Of a DNA stretch of 29,176 nt, positions 23,804 through 29,176 are shown piece by piece. The stretch covers positions 64,001 to 93,176 of IMG/VR virus record IMGVR_UViG_3300027996_000012, one strand, 5' to 3'. The notes under the pieces were generated by a model. It saw only the letters and a list, made by a program, of their open reading frames with translations, was not told where the DNA came from and made no database searches. Numbering within the stretch: position 1 is the first letter of the stretch; each line of letters begins with the position of its first letter. This DNA comes from a virus. Its lineage: Duplodnaviria > Heunggongvirae > Uroviricota > Caudoviricetes. Both the position numbers and the translations under genes were made by a program.

Positions 23804-24964
23804 ATGAAAATCGACACGTCACAAAAACTGCCAATCAAGATGTGGCTCGGGGACCTTGAAGATGTTGCGCTCACGCAGGCACATAATCTTGCTAACCTGC
23901 CATTTGCCTTTCGCCATATTGCCCTCATGCCGGACGCCCACATGGGCTACGGGATGCCAATCGGCGGTGTTATGGCAACCAGTGGTGTCGTAGTCCCTAA
24001 TGCTGTTGGCGTCGATATCGGTTGCGGAATGTGTGCCGTACAAACGGAACTGAAACGCCCCGACGAGTGGACACTCAAAAAGATTCTCGGTTTGATACGC
24101 AAGCGGATTCCCGTTGGCTTCGACAAGCACCGAGCCGCACGGCCAGAAACCTTGATGCCAAACATGAATGGTCGGCACATGCCGGTTGTTGACAGGGAGT
24201 ATTTCAATGCTCGCAAGTCGCTAGGCACCCTCGGTGGCGGCAATCACTTCATCGAACTTCAACTGGATGTAGAGGAGGGGGACCTGTGGGTGATGATCCA
24301 CTCTGGATCACGCAACCTGGGCTACAAGGTCGCCGACCACTACAACAAGGTTGCCAAGCAATTGAATGCGGAGTGGTATTCCAGTGTGCCCACATCAGTG
24401 GATCTGGCATTTCTCTCGCTGGATTCACCGAGTGGTCGATGTTACATTGACGAGATGGAATACTGTGTCGAATTTGCATTGAATAACCGGCTAGAGATGA
24501 TGGAACAAGTCCTTGAAGTCTTGCAGGAAGTTAGCGACACGTTGGTGGCACCTTCTGACACCATCAACATTGCGCACAACTACGCTCGCATGGAGCATCA
24601 CTTTGGGCAGAATGTCATGGTTCATCGGAAGGGTGCAACGTCAGCGAAGCTGGGGGAGATTGGAATCATTCCGGGTAGCCAGGGGACATCATCGTTCATC
24701 ACATCGGGGCTGGGCCACACGGATAGTTTCAAATCGTGTTCGCATGGTGCCGGACGGAAGATGGGCCGGAAACAAGCCTGCCGAGTTTTGTCATTGGAAG
24801 ATGAGCAAGCTAGCATGGCAGGTATCCTTCACAGTATCCGTGGAGAAAAGGATCTGGATGAGGCACCCGGAGCCTACAAGGACATTACAGTAGTGATGCA
24901 GAACCAACAGGATCTTGTGGACATCAAAACACGTTTGCAACCAATCGCAGTGGTGAAGGGATGA
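23804..24964 (+). CDS. rtcB: RtcB RNA ligase (alternative GTG start 23762)
   Basis: MPDAHMGYGMPIG, VGVDIGCGM, GGGNHFIE, HSGSR, HNY, HRKGA, SCSHGAGR and DEAPGAYK motifs. Confidence 0.95.
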   Translation: MKIDTSQKLPIKMWLGDLEDVALTQAHNLANLPFAFRHIALMPDAHMGYGMPIGGVMATSGVVVPNAVGVDIGCGMCAVQTELKRPDEWTLKKILGLIRKRIPVGFDKHRAARPETLMPNMNGRHMPVVDREYFNARKSLGTLGGGNHFIELQLDVEEGDLWVMIHSGSRNLGYKVADHYNKVAKQLNAEWYSSVPTSVDLAFLSLDSPSGRCYIDEMEYCVEFALNNRLEMMEQVLEVLQEVSDTLVAPSDTINIAHNYARMEHHFGQNVMVHRKGATSAKLGEIGIIPGSQGTSSFITSGLGHTDSFKSCSHGAGRKMGRKQACRVLSLEDEQASMAGILHSIRGEKDLDEAPGAYKDITVVMQNQQDLVDIKTRLQPIAVVKG

Positions 24965-24968
24965 AGGG

Positions 24969-25355
24969 ATGAGTGATTTGGGTTTCTACCTAGATGAGCA
25001 GTACGAACAAGTTCTCCAGGACAACGATGTCGCGGTGGAGGATTGTGACGCTGTGACTGACGGCCATGGGAACGAATCACCGCATCCCTTCGGTCATTCC
25101 TGGATGCTTGTCTGGAAACATGGTTTCATTGACCTTGGCAGCTTTGATGACGAGATCGTTGCTCGAAAGTCTGCGGCTATCTTTGTGTACCTCTACCTGA
25201 AGGAAGTGCCGGTCGAGTTCTGTGTGGAGCGGGCACACGACTTTGCATACATGGAGTTCTTGAAGGTTAAGCTTCAGGAAACCCGAGACGAGCTAGATGC
25301 GGTACGTCGCAACGCCTGGCTCACTAGGGACGTGAAACAAGAAGGAGGCTGCTGA
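24969..25355 (+). CDS. Hypothetical protein
   Basis: 128-aa ORF fitting the gene tiling. Confidence 0.7.
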   Translation: MSDLGFYLDEQYEQVLQDNDVAVEDCDAVTDGHGNESPHPFGHSWMLVWKHGFIDLGSFDDEIVARKSAAIFVYLYLKEVPVEFCVERAHDFAYMEFLKVKLQETRDELDAVRRNAWLTRDVKQEGGC

Positions 25356-25356
25356 G

Positions 25357-25470
25357 ATGATACAGCTAACTTGTATCCTGTTAATCTTCACCTTGTGTAT
25401 GGTGATGGGTGTTATTGAGCAACGTGAACTAGATGCTAAGGCGAAAGCCGGGGAGAAGGACGATGAGTAA
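25357..25470 (+). CDS. 37-aa membrane protein
   Basis: MIQLTCILLIFTLCMVMGVIEQRELDAKAKAGEKDDE; GGAGG upstream. Confidence 0.6.
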   Translation: MIQLTCILLIFTLCMVMGVIEQRELDAKAKAGEKDDE

Positions 25471-25695
25471 CGAACCTGCGGGGTTTAACATGAACGCGAT
25501 CTGGGAAATTCTGTTTGGCATCTGTCTTATCATTGCCTGCATTGCGGGGGTTGTAGCGGCGATTTCAGTAATGGCTGGTGGCTGGGATATCGCTGCGCGT
25601 TCCGGGGTGTCATGGTCGTCTTAGGAATCGGTACCGCCCTGTGTAATTGTTTTCGCAAGTGGGCCAAAGCGGCTGAGCGAGGCGAGTATGAATGA
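25463..25695 (+). pseudogene. Two-TM membrane protein with a one-base frameshift in the G-run at 25604-25607
   Basis: MSNEPAG...GGWDIAARSG stops at TAG 25624 as written. With one more G it continues GVMVVLGIGTALCNCFRKWAKAAERGEYE* and ends overlapping the next gene. Confidence 0.6.
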
Positions 25696-25861
25696 CACAA
25701 TACGTACCCTACTGGCCACACTCTTGGTATTGGTTGCTGTACTGGCAGGTGGCTGGGGAGCCCTTGTTTACATTGAAGCTGGTGAAACTCCTATGGTCCA
25801 TCGGCTCGCTATTGTTTCGCTTGGTGCATTCATTCTTTCATGGTGGTGCCATCGAGAATGA
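25688..25861 (+). CDS. 57-aa two-TM membrane protein
   Basis: MNDTIRTLLATLLVLVAVLAGGWGALVYIEAGETPMVHRLAIVSLGAFILSWWCHRE, with an ATGA overlap to the next gene. More plausible than track ORF 25692-25925. Confidence 0.7.
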   Translation: MNDTIRTLLATLLVLVAVLAGGWGALVYIEAGETPMVHRLAIVSLGAFILSWWCHRE

Positions 25862-26685
25862 AGTACGTCTTGCTGCTGCTGTTGTGTTTCCCGGCGTCGG
25901 CCCAAGCTCGCTTGGTACTGATTAGTACACGGGAAGCTCCGACTCGCCAAACCGATACTACGGAGATGCGGTACTGGGTGCATGACAGGGAGTGGAAGAT
26001 GGTGTCACGTAGCGACGTGATCCCCACACGCCCTCTGATTGTGTTCGCCCATGGTAACCGAACCAGCCGTGAGGACTCCATTCAAACAGGATTGGGTATC
26101 TACCAGCGACTCAAGGATCGAGAGCGATTCCAGTTTGTGATTTGGTCATGGCCTAGCGACAAAATCCCTGGGCCGCGCAATGATGCCAGAATGAAGGCTC
26201 GCCATTGTGATACCCAAGCCTATTACCTGGCTACCTATTTGCATGATGCTGATGTGCCAACTACCTTAGTGGGCCATAGCTTTGGGGCACGAATTGTCAC
26301 AGGTACGGTTCAATTGCTGGCTGGAGGCGAGATTGCTGGCCGCCAGTTCCCACTCCAGGACATGCAGATTCGCAGGTTAGTGTTACTGGCGGCTGCCATT
26401 GATGATCACAGTTTCGAGGGCGGGCGTGCAAATGATCGTGTCCTTACACATGCCACTACAACTGTGACACGTAACCACCTGGACCCAATCTTGCAATTGT
26501 ATCCGCAGATGTTTCGACCACGAGGCGTACCGGCTATGGGCCTGAATGGTCCAACGCAAGCAACAAGTTGTACGGTGTGGGACCTGAGTACCACCGTAGG
26601 CCGCAGCCACGCTTTACAAGACCACCTGGATGTTCCGGGGATGTTTGACCTTTTCACTGGAGATAACGATGAGCCTGATTCTTGA
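25858..26685 (+). CDS. Secreted alpha/beta hydrolase (DUF900-like)
   Basis: Signal peptide MKYVLLLLLCFPASAQA, FAHG oxyanion strand, WSWPS, nucleophile elbow GHSFG, and LLAAAID. Confidence 0.82.
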   Translation: MKYVLLLLLCFPASAQARLVLISTREAPTRQTDTTEMRYWVHDREWKMVSRSDVIPTRPLIVFAHGNRTSREDSIQTGLGIYQRLKDRERFQFVIWSWPSDKIPGPRNDARMKARHCDTQAYYLATYLHDADVPTTLVGHSFGARIVTGTVQLLAGGEIAGRQFPLQDMQIRRLVLLAAAIDDHSFEGGRANDRVLTHATTTVTRNHLDPILQLYPQMFRPRGVPAMGLNGPTQATSCTVWDLSTTVGRSHALQDHLDVPGMFDLFTGDNDEPDS

Positions 26686-27199
26686 AGCTGCCCAGTTTGC
26701 ACGTAAAGCCCATCGTGGTCAGGTACGTAAGTACACGGGTGTGGAATATATCTCGCACCCGGCCCGTGTGGCTGGTCGCGTAGCTGTCCACATTGACGCA
26801 ACCGAGGAGATGGTTGCGGCTGCTTTCTTGCATGACACCATTGAAGACACAGGTGTGACTATCCAGGGTCTTGAAGATCGTTTCGGTGAAATCGTGACAA
26901 ACATGGTCATCGACTTGACTGATCCGACATGCCCGGCTATTGGGCCTACTTTCAAGGATGTGCCGCGTGCTCAGCGGAAAACTATCATGCGGCATTCGAT
27001 TGCTGCCGGGGAGAATGAGTCGAAGATCATCAAGATGTATGACCGGATTGACAATCTCCGTGAGATGCCAATGGACCCGCCCAACTCCTATATTCGGATG
27101 TACCTGGAAGAATCGCGCCTATTGGCAGAAGCCATAGGATCGGTTGATTTAGCGCTGAAGGAAGAACTTCTGGAACTTTGTCGTTTGACTTCTGCCTGA
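26672..27199 (+). CDS. HD-domain small alarmone hydrolase (Mesh1/SpoT hydrolase-like)
   Basis: AAQFARKAHRGQVRK, YISHP, AAFLHDTIEDT and KMYDRIDNLR motifs; no synthetase domain. Confidence 0.87.
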   Translation, partial: SLILEAAQFARKAHRGQVRKYTGVEYISHPARVAGRVAVHIDATEEMVAAAFLHDTIEDTGVTIQGLEDRFGEIVTNMVIDLTDPTCPAIGPTFKDVPRAQRKTIMRHSIAAGENESKIIKMYDRIDNLREMPMDPPNSYIRMYLEESRLLAEAIGSVDLALKEELLELCRLTSA

Positions 27200-27212
27200 G
27201 ATGTGCTAAGCT
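27185..27212 (+). promoter_or_regulatory. Putative sigma70-type promoter for the ELWxxDGT gene
   Basis: TTGACT, 16 bp spacer, TG-extended TAAGCT, upstream of ATG 27269. Confidence 0.5.
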
Positions 27213-27268
27213 TGTGATAGTTCATTACCTATCACGCACGTCTACTACACAAAAGGCACGTCAGAACT

Positions 27269-29176
27269 ATGAGAAGTTTACGCATCGAGCCCTTGGAGAG
27301 CCGTAATCTCCTTTCTGTATCGCCCACCCTTCTTGCCGACATCAATGTGGGTGCTGGTGACTCTCTTTACCAGGGACCCGACGACATTATTGCTGTCGGG
27401 GATCTCGCTTACTTCGCAGCCCGCGAGGCAGACGGGGTTAGCCCAGTGTTGTACCAAACGGACGGCACAACAGAGGGCACTGTGCGGGTCAACGGACAGT
27501 CCATTGTGTCCCCTAGCTGTCTCACCAGTTACCAGGACACGTTGTACTTCACCAGCGCAGGGGCGCTCTGGAAGTATGACGGCGCGGTGTCACAGCAGGT
27601 GATCAACAACGTCAACCCCAGTGAACTCGCTGTGGCTGGTGACCTTCTGTACTTCCGTGGCACGGATCACGTCAACGGCTACGAACTCTGGGTGACTGAC
27701 GGCACTGCTGAGGGCACCGAGATGCTTAACATCAATGACGGGCGTGAGTCTTCGGAGCATATTCGGAGCTTGACGGCTTTCAACGGTGACCTGTTCTTCC
27801 GTGCTCGCACTGAAGAGACTGGCCATGAGATTTGGAAAGCCAGCGGTCGATCTGTTGAACTGCTCAAGGACATTGTACCTGGTATCCTGGGTGGATTTGG
27901 CGATACTGACATGGTGGTCTACCAAGATCGGCTATACTTCAATGCTGATGACCGCACTCACGGCGTTGAACTATGGCGCACGGACGGAACCGAAGTAGGT
28001 ACCGAACTGGTTGTGGACTTCAATCCAGGCGGTGCCCATGGTGGGGCTACCGGTTTCTGCGTGTCCGGTGACACCCTGTTCTTCCGCGCAAACGATGGCG
28101 TTGATCAATATGCCCTTTGGAAGTCCGATGGGGTCAACACAAGCAAGGTTAGCGCCATTCGTAGCGGAGCTATCGCGGGCATCAACATGCTCGACATGAA
28201 TGGTGTGCTCTACTTTGGCGCACTTGACCCCGAAATCGGTGGCGAACTCTGGCGCTCGGATGGCACAGCAGAGGGCACCACTGTGGTACAAGACATCAAT
28301 CTTGACGGCCACGGACTCGCCGCTGCCCCGTATGCTACGGTGCTCGGGAATACGATGTATTTTGTGGCCACCAATGGTAACACGGGTTTGGAATTGTGGT
28401 CCACTGATGGCACCACAACGTCCCTGGTCGGGGAGATCATTGATGGCGCAGCCAGCCCAGGTGTCACATCGTTGACCAACTTGAATGGCCAATTGCTGTT
28501 CCGTGCCAATGATAATGTCACAGGCTTTGAACTCTGGACTCTTGGTGTGGAGCCCGAGCCGGTAGTCGAACCGGAACCCGTCGTGGAGCCTGAGCCGGTA
28601 GTCGAACCGGAACCCGTCGTGGAGCCCGAACCGGTAGTCGAGCCCGAACCGGTAGTCGAACCGGAACCGGTCGTGGAGCCCGAACCGGTCGTGGAGCCTG
28701 AACCGGTCATGGAGCCGGAACCCGTTGCTGAGCCTGACCCAGTTTCAGAGCCCGACCCAGTTTCGGAGCCCGAGCCGGTAGTCGAACCGGAACCCGTCGT
28801 GGAGCCCGAGCCGGTAGTCGAACCGGAACCCGTCGTGGAGCCCGAGCCGGTAGTCGAACCGGAACCCGTCGTGGAGCCCGAGCCGGTAGTCGAACCGGAA
28901 CCCGTCGTGGAGCCCGAGCCGGTAGTCGAACCGGTACCGGACCCAGAACCGGTCGTGGAACCCGAGCCTCAGCCGATTGTCTCAGAACCAATACCGGACC
29001 CAGAGCCAGAGGCCCCCGCGTCGGAACCGACCCCCGAGCCCGTGGTAGAGCCCGTGGTAGAGCCCGTGGTAGAGCCCGTGGTAGAGCCCGAGCCCGTGGT
29101 AGAGCCCGAGCCGGTTATGGCCCCGCCCGAGATTGTGCTGGACGATCCAGTCATGGACCCCCAACCTGAGCGTCCT
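27269..29176 (+). CDS. ELWxxDGT-repeat beta-propeller protein with Planctomycete-type leader and Glu/Pro/Val stalk; 3'-truncated by the window edge
   Basis: Translated by hand, open to the window end (so absent from the ORF track). Starts [16 protein letters not shown]; repeats include [36 protein letters not shown] and ELWSTDG; followed by (EPEPVV)n. Confidence 0.9.
   Translation, partial: MRSLRIEPLESRNLLSVSPTLLADINVGAGDSLYQGPDDIIAVGDLAYFAAREADGVSPVLYQTDGTTEGTVRVNGQSIVSPSCLTSYQDTLYFTSAGALWKYDGAVSQQVINNVNPSELAVAGDLLYFRGTDHVNGYELWVTDGTAEGTEMLNINDGRESSEHIRSLTAFNGDLFFRARTEETGHEIWKASGRSVELLKDIVPGILGGFGDTDMVVYQDRLYFNADDRTHGVELWRTDGTEVGTELVVDFNPGGAHGGATGFCVSGDTLFFRANDGVDQYALWKSDGVNTSKVSAIRSGAIAGINMLDMNGVLYFGALDPEIGGELWRSDGTAEGTTVVQDINLDGHGLAAAPYATVLGNTMYFVATNGNTGLELWSTDGTTTSLVGEIIDGAASPGVTSLTNLNGQLLFRANDNVTGFELWTLGVEPEPVVEPEPVVEPEPVVEPEPVVEPEPVVEPEPVVEPEPVVEPEPVVEPEPVMEPEPVAEPDPVSEPDPVSEPEPVVEPEPVVEPEPVVEPEPVVEPEPVVEPEPVVEPEPVVEPEPVVEPEPVVEPVPDPEPVVEPEPQPIVSEPIPDPEPEAPASEPTPEPVVEPVVEPVVEPVVEPEPVVEPEPVMAPPEIVLDDPVMDPQPERP
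28550..29110 (+). repeat. Coding tandem repeat: 18-bp EPEPVV units, a 36-bp higher-order unit, and a 12-bp EPVV run
   Basis: Four perfect copies of GAGCCCGAGCCGGTAGTCGAACCGGAACCCGTCGTG at 28766-28909; four copies of GAGCCCGTGGTA at 29036-29083. Confidence 0.95.

Noticed and set aside
25331-25339. CGTGAAACA as a parS site
   Set aside because: Only a half-site inside a coding region; the palindromic partner is absent.
156-27925. The many other minus-strand ORFs in the track
   Set aside because: All lie opposite well-supported plus-strand genes and have no recognisable motifs.
28766-28909. 36-bp direct repeats as a CRISPR array
   Set aside because: The copies are contiguous with no spacers and encode in-frame EPEPVV.
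28210-29164. Minus-strand ORFs with TTGSGS or [12 protein letters not shown] repeats
   Set aside because: Shadows of the plus-strand coding repeat; the plus frame has a leader, recognisable repeats and a promoter.
1-29176. Stop-codon reassignment, as in some large phages
   Set aside because: Long conserved genes are uninterrupted in code 11, and TGA, TAA and TAG (15204, 23535) all end genes at sensible positions.

Overview
A densely packed block of a large dsDNA bacteriophage genome. All real genes are on the + strand, many overlap by ATGA/TGATG, and no structural genes or integrase are present. Replication and recombination genes: ParB-like protein, family A DNA polymerase, VRR-NUC nuclease, ATP-dependent DNA ligase, PD-(D/E)XK and DEDDh exonucleases. 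Transcription and modification genes: a sigma70-type factor and two orphan N6/N4 DNA methyltransferases. The accessory genes fall into three themes. (1) tRNA and alarmone countermeasures: tRNA-Asn, Thg1, RtcB and a Mesh1-like small alarmone hydrolase. (2) Purine salvage and rebalancing: a Gpt-like phosphoribosyltransferase next to GMP reductase. (3) Exported or periplasmic proteins: a stand-alone DsbD N-terminal-like domain, a CAP domain protein, a secreted alpha/beta hydrolase, and an ELWxxDGT beta-propeller with a Planctomycete-type LExRxLL leader and an (EPEPVV)n stalk. That leader suggests a Planctomycetota host (inference). Other notable points: a DnaJ-like CxxCxGxG zinc module in the polymerase thumb, two single-G frameshifts, and several real small genes missed by the ORF track. 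All family assignments come from motifs read by eye; no database searches were run.
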